Under the pieces are notes generated by a model. It was given only the letters and a program-made list of their open reading frames with translations. It searched no databases and was not told the origin of the DNA. From Callorhinchus milii (Eukaryota): a DNA stretch of 64,000 bases. Numbering within the stretch: position 1 is the stretch's first letter; the number at the start of each line of letters is the position of its first letter. The position numbers were made by a program, and so were the translations under genes. The stretch spans positions 134,480,001 through 134,544,000 of the forward strand of contig NW_024704742.1 of the NCBI RefSeq assembly GCF_018977255.1, read 5' to 3'. Below are positions 52,361-64,000 of the stretch, piece after piece.

Positions 52361-53280
52361 TTTGTGACTTTCATTTCATGTCCACCCACCCACCATTATA
52401 CCATCAGCGGGCAGGCTATTAGCCTCTCTACCCCCACTCTCTGGAACTTCATCCTTCTGACTCATTCCTTCCCTCACCTCACGGAGTTACTTAATTCAAG
52501 GTCCACCCCAAGACCTACCTCCTTAACTTAATTTTCAGTCATCTTTCCCCTCCCCCTCAGCTCCAACCTCTCGGCTCCAACCTCCCCACGCTCAGGTGCC
52601 AAGCCATTTTTGTTAAGCACCTTTGCACATCCACGAGACGTAAACAGAGCTATATTTGTATCGTATGGTTCTGAGTTTGGACTCCCAGGTGCTCTAGACA
52701 AAAATAACTTCTGCACCTCATCCAAAATTAAACAGCAGTGCTCTCAGAATAACTTTATTTCGGCGTTTCTCTCAAAGTGGATGCAACAGAGTGAGGCATT
52801 GACCTACTTCGCCTCCAATGGCTAACAGCGCGGATCACAAGTTTGGAAGACAAAACGGATCTGCCGGCTAGAGTAGCAGCAGTTAACATTAAAGGGGTGA
52901 AAAGTCATCAACAATACGTGCAAGAATAACTGAGTGTGTGAGGGAGACAGAGAGAGAGAAAGGGGGAGAAAAAGACTTAAGTACAATAAATCAAAATAAC
53001 AACATGCATTTTTTTATAGCGACTCAAAATGTCTCAAAACGTCCTTCGGATGAGAGGTGAGATAACATTCAAGGAATATTATTATTAGTAGTAGTATTTT
53101 TATTAGTAGTAGTATTCTTATTACTATTATTAATCATATATTTTTAAAAAATTGTTATTTTAGATTATTATTATACAGTTTTTCCTTTCACTGGCAATTT
53201 TATCTGGAGGTTTGTGAAGTTCCCTTCACTTTTTGAATGGTGCCGCGGGAATCTTTAACTCCACATGGGAACAAAGTGCT

Positions 53281-53502
53281 AAATATTGCAGATGCTGGAA
53301 ATCTGAAACAAAAACGGAGGTCGCTGGGAACACTCAGCAGGTCAGGCAGCATCTATGGAGAAAGGAAAGCGAGTCAACGTTTTCAGTCCACGACCCTTCG
53401 TCATGCTCTGACGAGAAGGGGCGCGGCCCCCAAATGTTGACTCACTCCCTTTTCTCCGTAGATGCTGCCTGACCTGCTGAGTGTTCCCAGCGACTTCTGT
53501 TT
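53281..53502. mobile_element. Palindromic Penelope-like element with degenerate hammerhead motifs
   Basis: Inverted arms centred near 53405; same consensus as 46588-46834. Confidence 0.75.
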
Positions 53503-56500
53503 CTCTTATGAGAACAAAGTTACCACGTTAAGTGGAAAGCTTCACAAGGATGGCTCTGCTAGATACACACTGGGAGGGTCATTGACAAGACATAGAACAA
53601 CTAAAATATGCCCAAGAACTGAGAAGTAACAATAACAACACTGTAATAACAGGTAATTCAAGAGGAGAGCAGTGAGGCTCAGCCCCAGAACAAAAGGAAT
53701 GAGATGTACAAAACTACAAGACACAAGTTTAACCCACAAAATAATAAAAATTATTACAAAATAACAAAGGGGGTAATAATCCCTTTTAAAAAAAAGTGGT
53801 CACACATGCACAACTGTTTGTGGGATACTGCTGTGTGCAATTGGCTGCCACACCTCACCCATAAAATATACAGTTAATTCATTTTACAGTATATTCTGAC
53901 CGCTCGGCGCCTTGGGACGTCCTTTTAACGTGAAAGGCGCTATACAAATGTAATTTGTTGTTGTTGTTGAGAGGACCCAGGTTAAATTCCTGGGCAGGGT
54001 GAAACCTTAGTCCACACACGTGTGTTTACTTAGCAGTAAGTAGGAACCCGGTCGTTAGTCGATTGGTGGATCGGTTTCCTGTTCCCTTAAAAAATCATAA
54101 TAATTGGTCCTTCAATCCACGACTGTTTGTAGGACGCAGCTGTGTGCAATCGGCTGCCACGTTTCACTCACAAAATATACAGTCAATTCACTTTACAGTA
54201 TATTCTGTGAAGCGCTTTGAGACGTTTTGATGACCTGATAAGATGCTATATTAAATGCAAGGATTATTATTAATGTCCTCCTTTTTGTAAGGAGTCTTAA
54301 TATTGACCCAGGTGAGCAAAGTACCTTTTCACCTTAGGGGCTCGAGTTCAATATCAAGGAGATTCCCAGCTGGCTCAAGAGAATGTGCACAACCCGAGGT
54401 CAGCATGGCACAAAATTACTGTGAACGCAACGTCATGAAAACTGCTGTCGCAAATTCAGGCAACGAGATTAAAGAGACAGATTAGCGCTTGGAATTACAG
54501 CGCACACATTTCGCTATGTATTTTCCCAGAGCTGTCGGTGGGAGGGGGGGCAATATTCAAACAGAATTTGCAAAACTAAAGCGATTTTATTACTATCGAC
54601 TTTGATCCCCAAAAATACTTGAAGCGTTAATTGCACCTCTCATTATCCACAACAAGGATTTTAATGTACGCTCCAACGATGAGTCTTGGGAGTTACTCAG
54701 GGGTTCAAAGTGTGTCGGGTACGATGAAGCCGTACTGAACAAATTTCCGAGACAGAAGCATTTCTGTGGTTCCAGGCTGCTGGAAAAACTACTGGTCAAT
54801 CAATTGGTATCTGACCCAATTCTCCTATACTTCACAAATTGGGACTCAACAAGCCAGCTCACATGATTCTTACTGAACACGGGAAAGTGGTGGAGGGGAA
54901 ACTAAAACAACAACTTGCATTTATATAAATAACTCCCTTCTTGTGGGAAAAGCGTCTCTGAGCGCTTCACAGAATTTCCTGTGAAGTAGAGCGACTTTGA
55001 AGACGAATGTGGCAGCAAATTTTTACACAGTAAATGTGATCTGGAGGATTGGTGGCCAGGACTGGGAGAATCCCTTCTGTTAGAGAAGTGCCATGGGATC
55101 TTTAACATGCAGGAATACAGGACCTCAATTTATTGTCTTGTCAAAAGATGTTGGCTCCAATGATATGGTACTCTCGGATTTTTATGTTCCTCTTGTTCAG
55201 CGCAAGCCCTTCAGAACACCCTCAAGGGCAGCCTTACGTACAGTAATCCTTTGGACTCCACCACTAATTGGACCTGACAAGTTGGCTTTCCAAACTTAAA
55301 AAATGCCCAACTTCCAGGACAACCGTTCACCATCAAAGACATTTCCTGTGCATCGATTGTGTCGATGTCAATTCCTAGTTGCTGTTCATCTTTGTACCCT
55401 AAGCATCGGAAGTGCAAATGACATGAGTGAGGAAGCAACAATCCAGAAGCCGGCCATTTTTGTTCAAAGCTCACTCGTTTACGGAACCAGAGTTATAATG
55501 AGTTGGTCTGGATTAAAGGGTTTGAGGAGCGAGCAGCGGAGTGGGATTATAACCATTATTCTATCTTTGCATTTAACAACGCAAACGTCAGACGGTACAG
55601 AGCACTTCATAGGGGATCGCTATTAGTGACATGAAAGTCTGACTATTTTCCTAGTTGAAAAGCTCACTTAAGTGGAGACCCATAATGTAGCGGTTAATGC
55701 ACTCGCCTCGCAAGGGAGAGGACTCGGGTTCGATTCCCAGGTGGGGTGAATCCTTAAGCAAGTTTCCTTACTCCACATGCCTCTGATTACTCAGCAGTAA
55801 GTAGGAACCTGGTTGTTAGTCAATCCGCGGAGCACTTTCCAGGGGTAATAATCCCTCAAAAAAAATTGGGGTCTAACCAAAATGTTACAGGACTCCACAA
55901 GTGCTCAGTCCATTGATCCCAATTTAAATAAGAAGCAAAGCCGTCCCCTTAATGATGTGGTTGTAGTCAACAGTTTGCACAGAAAACCACAATGAAGTGC
56001 GATGAAGCAACAGCACAAACGAAGGGATGTCAATGGAAACTTAATTTCGACAACAAAATATGCAGTCAATTCACTTTACAGTAGATTTTGTGAAGCACTT
56101 TGACATGTCTCACAGACTCGATAAGGCACTATATCAAATGCAAGGATTATTATTATTAATAATTCTTGCATTTGATTCACTGCCTCATAACATCAGAGGC
56201 ATCTCAAAGTGCCTCACAAGAAAGCCACAGTGACTGTAGATTTTGTAGGCAAAGGCAACTGCACAGCAATGTCCCTTGAACAGCCATGAAGTGAACTGAA
56301 TTATCAATTTTTACGTGAGGGTAGGGGAAGGGGCTTCTCCATTACAACTGTTGGTCAGTTTTATGACTTGAATTTTGTCTTGTTTAAGATGAGGAGGGGG
56401 CACGGCAAAGGGATTGAGGCAGAGAACTATTTTGCGGCATAATGGCTGAAGGCCCCCAAAAGGACCTGGGAGAAGTGTATTAATTTTTTTTTAAAAAAAG

Positions 56501-56629
56501 GCAAAATACTACAAATGCTGTAAATTTGGTATAAACACAGAAGTCACTGGGAACACGCAGCAGGTCAGGCAGCATCCATGAAGAGAGGAAAGTGAGTTAA
56601 TGTTTCAGGTCAATGACCTTTCGTCAGAA
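56501..56629 (-). mobile_element. Single arm of the Penelope-like element with a hammerhead core
   Basis: Minus strand CTGACGA-a-AGGTC-att-GACCT-GAAACATT-aactc. Confidence 0.72.
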
Positions 56630-59600
56630 AATATAAAATTTTAAATGGGATGGAAAATGTAAACCCAGATCAATACTTTAAGATGCAGCGAGAGAGTAGT
56701 ACTTGAGGTCATAGGTTTAATAACAACAAATTATATTTGTTTAACACACGCATGTCGGGAGGACATCTCAAGGTGCTGTACAGTCAAGGATTAAGGGTTG
56801 CAATCAGCAATTTCAGAACAGACGCCAAGATATTTCTTTACCCAGAGGCTAAATAACAACTGGAACAGAGTTAGCAGATGGGGTGGTTGTGACCAGGACC
56901 CTGGGACTCTTTAAAAGGAACTACTCAATTTTGTGATGGGAGGACAGTAGCAATGGGATCAGATGAGCAGAAGGGTCTTTTTTATCTCAACTAATCTGGT
57001 GAAATGTGGCGTGAGACCATAATTATTTGGTAACAATTAAGAGCTTCTCTTCTGTAATGCTGTGCAGCTGAGAGTTTGGGATGTGAACCAAATGAATAGG
57101 ATGGTTTGCGCAAGAATCCAAGATGATCTTCAGGAAAAAAAGTGATTAAGTAACCTTGGCTTTCTTGGGGGAAATCAAAAACTTGCAACTTGCAATACCT
57201 CGGTGCAAAATTTACCATTTGCTTGCTCATCGGATCACAATCTCCATTCAGATTAATATCAACATAATATCACCATAATAATAATAAATTAAAAATAACC
57301 AATTCTCCCCTGATGATGCAACCCGTTAAGTCCAACATCAAAAAACGTTCAATCAATCTAAATGAGGGAAAGATTGAAGGATGTTCAAGTGATCTTTTCG
57401 GGACAGGAGCAAAATTAAACAGGCACATCAGCTCTGGAAGACGAAATAAGGACCGGATGGTGACTGAGCAACAGAGGCAAGTTGATTAAGACAAGCACAG
57501 CCTAACACAATGGACTTGACACAGCACAAAGTACTGCTCTTCTCTTCCCATTTCCTCCAACCTTCTGTCAGTTCCTCTCCCTACATCAGTCCTTACCAAC
57601 ATCCATTCTCAGTTTCTCATGTTATATGCAAAAAATAAAGCAAAAACAACCAAGTTTTTGTTGGAATAATGTGTCCTTCCCTCCACAAATGTTACATAAA
57701 CATCTGTTCTTTCCAGGAATTATTAAAACCTCATCATATTTTTTATATTCAGCAACTTTCGCTCAACGCTTGTGTTTCACAGCGAGAGCAGTTGATGCTG
57801 ATCAACAGTTGTCCTTTGGAAGAAGACCTGCTGAACCCAACAGCGAGCGGAAGCTGAATTAACAGGAACATTTGGTGCTGAATCATCCTGGGAATATGAC
57901 CATCTCCACTAATGATAATGCATCTCCCCTCAGTTGGCGTCAAGCCAAACAACATTGCTGCATCTTAGATGCTGAACAGAGTAGCGGTACTGCTTTAAGC
58001 AACTAAGATTGTGGTATCCCGGGTGGGGCAAAACCTTCGGCAAGTTTCCTAACTCTACGTGCCTCTGTTAACCCAGCAGTAAGAAGGAACACAGTTCCTG
58101 GCACAGTTCTTGACACAGCACAAAGGTATTGGCTCATCTCTGTCGCTTGAAGGATGAAAGGGTTTAATCCAAACATGTAAAACTAATTATCTACCAATCA
58201 CTACCAATTTATATTTTAATTCTTAATTATCAAAAATCTGTAATTACAGGACTACTTATGCAAGATCAGCAGTTACCACAACACACATTCTGGGCTCCCC
58301 CAAACTTTGGCTCTCGGCAACTTTAACCCTAAAACTGTCCAGAATTCGGCAGGCAGGACAAGTCCCTCATGGGAGAGAGAGAGCGCGTTCCGTTTCTCCT
58401 GTACCTATTCCAGTTTTAAAACACAGGGTTAATAGGACCGAGCGGGAAGAATCCCTGCTCCTAAACACTCTATGCCTTCGAGTTTTGTTGAAGGGACAGA
58501 GTGGTTGGTCTTTTCATCAGGTGTCAACACCATAGATTCTGAAGCATTCTTGGAGTCCTATAGCTTAGTGGTTAGAGCACTCGCCTCGCAAGCAAGAGGA
58601 TCTGGGTTCGATTCCCAGCAGGGCGAAACGTTGGGCAAGTATCCTTACTCCACATACCCCTGTTTACCTATTAGTAAGTAGGAACCCGGTTGTTAGTTGG
58701 TTGGTGGATTACTAATTCCCCAAAATAAATAAAAATAAATTGGTCACTCAATCCACGACTGTTTGTAGAACACATCTGTGCGCAATTGGCTGCCGCGTTT
58801 TGTCCACAAAATATACAGTCAATTCACTTTACAGTATATTCTGTGAAGGGCATTGGAGATGTCTCAAAGATGTGAAAAGGAGCTGTACCAAATGCAGGGG
58901 TTATTATTATTTCTACTTGTTAATGTTGAAAGTTCTGGGAAATCCAGGGTTAATTCTCATTTGGACCAACTTCTGTTCCAGAAGACGTCTGATTTTTTTT
59001 GCAAACATCTGAGGTCTAGACCATTATGGACAAAGGTGAGCCAAGCAGGGATGAGTAATGGAGCTGTCTCATTGCATTAACTCAAGAGCTGCTAATTACT
59101 TCCATGCCTGACTGGAACAAGCTCCCTTCTCCTATGTCAAAAGACTTTGCAAGACTCACAGATACATAGACATAGAAACTGGAGTAGGCTATTTAGCCCC
59201 CTTGAGCCTGTTCCGCCATTTTATGAGATAATGGCTGAACTATACCCGCCCTTGCCCCATATCCCTTAATACCCTTACCTAACAAATATTTATCGACTTC
59301 CATCTTGGAAACGTGAGTGGATCCAGCATCCACAGCCTTTTGGGGGAGAGTGACAGATTTCCACTGCCTTTTCCACAAATATAAAATGTATAAAAAATAT
59401 AAAAAAATTTATATAAAAATATAAAAAATGTATGTTCGCACACAAATATACAGTCAATTCACTTTACAGTGTGTTCTGTGAAGCGCTTTGGGACGTCCTC
59501 CCGACGTGAAAAGCGCTATATCAAATGCAAGGATTATTATTATTATTATTTTGGGTGAAAATCTACCTCCTAATTTCAATCCTAAATGGCCTCGCTCTAT

Positions 59601-60096
59601 TTTTAGATAATTCCCCCTTGTTCTGGATTCCCCCACAGAGGAAATAGCTTCTCTCTATCTATCCATCGAAACGTACATTTAAAATGGCCATCAGATACAA
59701 GAATAGATTTCAGTCAGCCCTTTGAACCTACACCACCATTTTATTCGCTAATGGTAACTGTCTTTCAAATGTCTCTCTCCCCCTACCCATCCTGTTGTTG
59801 TGAGGAACCAGGTTCAATTCCCGGGCGGGGGAAACCTTAGGCAAGTTTCCTTCCTCCACCCGTCTCTATTTACCTAGTAGTAAGTAGGAACCCGTTTGTA
59901 GTTGATTGGTGGATCCATTCCAGGGGTCCCCCCAGGAAAATATGGTCACTCAATCCAAGACTGTTTGCGGGACAAGGTTGTGCGCAATTAGCTGTTGCGT
60001 TTGGTCCACAAAATACACAGTCAATGCACTCTACAATATATTCTGTGAAGAGCTTTGAGACGTCTCAACGAAGTGATAAGGCGCTATATATTAGTG

Positions 60097-60415
60097 GAGT
60101 CCTGTAGCTCAGTGGTTAGAGAACTCGCTTTGTAAGCGAGAGACCTGAGTTCAATTCCAGGCACAGGGCGAAACCTTGGGCAAGTTTCCTTACTCCACAC
60201 AGAGCCTAATAATAATCCCTGCAAAACCAAAAACAATAATAAATTGGTCATCTTCAATCCACAACTGTTTGTGGGACATTGCTTTGCGCAATTGGCTGCC
60301 GCGTTCGCCCACAAATATACAATCAATTCACTTTACAGTCTATTCTGTGAAGCGCTTCGGGACGTCCTCCCGACGTGAAAAGCGCTATATCAAATGCAAG
60401 GATTATTATTATTAT
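60097..60415 (+). mobile_element. Young tRNA-Ala Deu-SINE, full length
   Basis: Consensus head, core and tail. Confidence 0.92.
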
Positions 60416-60657
60416 CAAACGTAAGGATTATTATTATCTTTCTCACATGCTAGCTATCAGATTTTCAGTGGCTCCTTTCTCATCGTTTCATCACTCTATC
60501 ACACTGAAACTGCCATCATCATATTGGAGATTAGTCCTAGCACAGAATTTGAGGCCAGAAGATTTTCGATTCAGGTCCCAGTGGATCCATTCATCCCTTC
60601 AACTTCTGCTTTGAGATTGATTCAGCGCTTCTGACAGCCAGGGAGAAAGGCAATACA

Positions 60658-60973
60658 TAATAATAATAATAATAATAATCCTTGCATTTGATATAGCGCT
60701 TTTCACGTCGGGAGGACGTCCCAAAGCGCTTCACAGAATAGACTGTAAAGTGAATTGACTGTATATTTGTGGGCGAACGCGGCAGCCAATTGCGCACAGC
60801 AATGTCCCACAAACAGTCGTAGATTAAAAATGACCAATTTATTATTGTTTTTTGTTTTTTGGAGGGATTATTATTAGGCGTGTGGAGTAAGGAAACTTGC
60901 CCAAGGTCTCGCCCTGCCTGGAATTGAACTCAGGTCTCTCACTTGCAAAGCGAGTGCTCTAACCACTGAGCTA
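60658..60973 (-). mobile_element. Young tRNA-Ala Deu-SINE, inverted relative to 60097-60415
   Basis: Reverse complement of the consensus. Confidence 0.92.
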
Positions 60974-62149
60974 ACATAACAATAACATTTACACTTATAA
61001 AATGCCTTTCACATTGGGGGACGTGCCAAAGCATTGTCTGGATACCCAGTCTGAGAGGAGGTGGGGGGAGGGAATGGAAAATGGAGGGGAAAGATGACCA
61101 AAAACGCAGTCAAAGAGATGTAGGTTTGCAGACAAACAAGCCGAGGGAGGGTGCAAGGCAGAGTTTCAGGGAGCGGGACAAAAAATAAATTTGGAAGAAA
61201 GAGAAAGAGTGTGCGAGTGGGGCATGGAGAAGAGGGAAAAGGGGGATTTGCAGTCTCCAGGGATTGTACTCACTCCAAGGAAACATGCCAGACGGATTTA
61301 CAATACTGCAATCAAAAGCACTGCGGATCAACAGCAGTATTGGTTCGCACTGGATACTCTGTTTTACAACATGCAATTTATTTGTATAGCAGCCAAACAG
61401 ACAGCCCTAGACAGCAGCCGGTAAGCGCTGTTATTTCACTATCACAATGGGTCGAATGACCTCCGACGGTGCCGCAGTTTTAGAGTATTGTGTTTCCCCC
61501 TCTCCTGAGGCCTGTTATATCTCATGGTCTCAGTCTTAAATTTGGAAGCTGGGTTTCCGAGCAGAACTTGAAAGAGCTCTCTCCTGTCTTTTGCTTTCTG
61601 TCAAGGCACTTAATCCTCTCCTTTTCCCCCTTCCACCGTACTTTCAATCTATTTTTCTGCCTTGGTCGAGTTCCTATTTACTGCGAGGTAAACAGAGGCA
61701 TGTGGAGTAACGAAACTTGACTACGGTTCTGCCCAGCCAGGAAATCAAACCCAGCTCCTCTCTCTTGCGAGGCGAGTACTCTAACCACTGAGCTACAGCA
61801 CTCCATATCAAATATCAAAACGCAAAGATTATGACAAAGTTCGGTTTCACAGCCATACTGCTCAAAACAGGAAGAACAAGAGCTGCAGAGACATTTTAAG
61901 TTTCTATCACGAATTAGGCCTTTTTATTTCCCCGAAAACTGCAACAGCTGTACAGAGCCTACAGTCTAGGTTGACGTTCCAGAGAAATGCAGGGGGAGCG
62001 CTGCATTGTCAAAGAGACAATGTCCAAACCATTGCGGTGAACAAATTGGTTGCCAAATAACCTTCAAAATGCAGAGACTACACTTTACAGAATAATCCTC
62101 GCATTTTTGTAAAGCACTTTTGAGTTGACTGGAGGTCATACGCAAGGAT

Positions 62150-64000
62150 TCATAGAATCGTAGAATTTTACAGCACAGGAGGAAGCCATTTGGTCCATCG
62201 TGTCTGGGCCGACTCTTTGAAAAGAGCTATCCAATTCAATCCCATTCCCACACTCCCTCCTCATAGCTCTGCAAACCGGTCCTCCCCAAATAATTATCTA
62301 CTTCTCTCTTAAATGTTGGTATCGAATCGGCTTCCACCACCCTTTCAGGCAAAGCATTCCAGATCCCAACAACTCGCTGTGTGAAAGAAATTCTCCTCAC
62401 CTGCCCTCTGTTTCTTTTAACAACTAGTTTAAATCAGTGTCCTCGGGTTACCAACCCACTCGCCAGTGGAAATAGTTTCTTCGTCACCCTATCGAATCCC
62501 TTCATAATTTGACATTCCTCAACATCCTTCCTAAAATGCGTTGCCCAGAACTGAACATAGTCTCTAGCTGAAGCCTAATCAGTATTTTGTAAAGGTTCAT
62601 CATAACTTCCTGACTTTTGTATTCTATGCCCCTATTCATAAACCCTAATATCCCATATGCTTTTTTATCAACTTTACCTTTCTGTACTGCCACCTTCAAC
62701 GATTTACTTATATGAACCTCCAGGTCTCTTTGTTCCTTCGCCCCTTTAAGATTCTACCATCAGCTTATATTGTCTCTCCTCCTTTTTCCTCCCAAAATTC
62801 ATCATTTTGCATTTCTCCACATTAAACTTCATCTGCCAAATGTCTGCCCATTTTACCAGTCTGTCTATGTCCATTTGAAGTCTGCTACTATCCTCCTCAC
62901 TGTTTACTACTTTTCCCAGCTTAGTATCATCTGCAAAATTGGAAATTGCACTCCCTACCCAAGTCCAGGTCATTTATATGGGTCAAAAACCGCAGTGGTC
63001 CCAATACTGACCCCTGGGGGACATCACTTCCCTCCAGTCAGACAAACATCCGTTCACCACCACTCTCTGTTTCCTGTTTCCCAGCCAGTCCTGTATCCAT
63101 GCTGCCACTGTCCCTTTAATACCATGCGCTTCTATTTTGCTTACAAGTCTTATGTGGCACTTTATCAAACGTCTTTTGAAAATCCATATAAACTACATCA
63201 ACTGCACTAGCTTCATCCACTCTCTCCGTTAGTTCATCAAAAAAGTTTGTTAGACATGATTTGCCTTTAACAAATCTGTGTTGGCTGTCCTTTATTAACC
63301 AATATTTTTTGTAAGTGAAAATTTATTTTGTCCTGGATGATAGTCTCTAGAAGTTTCCCCACTACTGAGGTTAGGCTGACTGCCCTGCAGTTCCTGGGTT
63401 TGTCCTTCTCCCTGTTTTGTACAGGGAAGTAACATCTGCAACCCTCCAGTCCTCGGGCACCACCCTGGTGTCCGAGGAAGATTGAAGGATTGCAGCCAGA
63501 GCCTCCGTTATTTCCTTCAGTAACCTAGGATGCATCCCCTCCAGACCGGGTGACTTATCTACCTTGAGCACCGACAACCTATTTAGTGCCCGCTCGCGGT
63601 TTATTCTTATCCTATCCAATTTCTCTACTCTCTCCTCTGATACTGTGGTATTGGCTGCATCCTCTTCTTTTGTGAAGACAGATGCAAAGTACTCATTCAG
63701 TACATCAGCCATGCCCTCTGCCTCCACAAGATTTCCTCTTTAGTCCCTAATTGAATCCACCCTACCTTTGACTAACCTTTTATTCTTTATATGCTTATAA
63801 AATACTTTAGGTTTCCCTTTTATGTTACCCACTAATCTTTTCTCATACATTCTCTTTGTCCCTCTTATTCCCTTTTTCAGTTGTCCTCTATTTGATTATC
63901 TTCTGTATTTTGGACTTGACATTTATCATAGGCCTCCTTTTTCTATTTATTTAAATCCCAATTTCCTTATTCATTCAGGGAGGTTTGGATTCCCTACCTT
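62150..64000 (-). mobile_element. CR1 LINE RT region, decayed, running off the window end
   Basis: LNEYFASVFT...KSPGLEGMHPRLLKE...PEDWRVA, WIQDWLGNRKQRVVVNG, ISNFADDTKLG...WQMKFNVEKC; stops and deletions; CR1-type terminal repeat near 62150. Confidence 0.93.

Noticed and set aside
57197..57230. Possible first exon MSKQM|GTAAAT or MSKQMVNFAP(R)|GTATTG on the minus strand
   Set aside because: No similarity to known NEDD4L N-termini, and such ATG/GT pairs are common by chance.

Overview
Eukaryotic (vertebrate) genomic DNA, not a prokaryotic locus. The repeat content (tRNA-headed Deu-domain SINEs, L2 and CR1 LINEs, Penelope-type palindromes) points to a cartilaginous fish, probably a chimaera; this is an inference. 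The window lies inside a minus-strand NEDD4L (NEDD4-2) HECT E3 ligase gene. Three short C2-domain exons (32957-33030, 4043-4124, 1328-1366) have GT-AG borders and splice in frame to [65 protein letters not shown]. The ORF track shows only one of these exons. The rest is intron, densely filled with retroelements: three layers of SINE sharing a 3' stem-loop with L2 LINEs, one near-full-length decayed L2, many L2/CR1 3' fragments, an old TIR-bounded repeat, and palindromic elements carrying minimal hammerhead-ribozyme motifs. Most listed ORFs are spurious or retroelement-derived. I see no convincing wholly new protein-coding system. The best leads are the hammerhead-bearing palindromes, the SINE/L2 tail covariation, close inverted SINE pairs and several insertion-mechanism footprints. 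Repeat boundaries were read by eye and are approximate.
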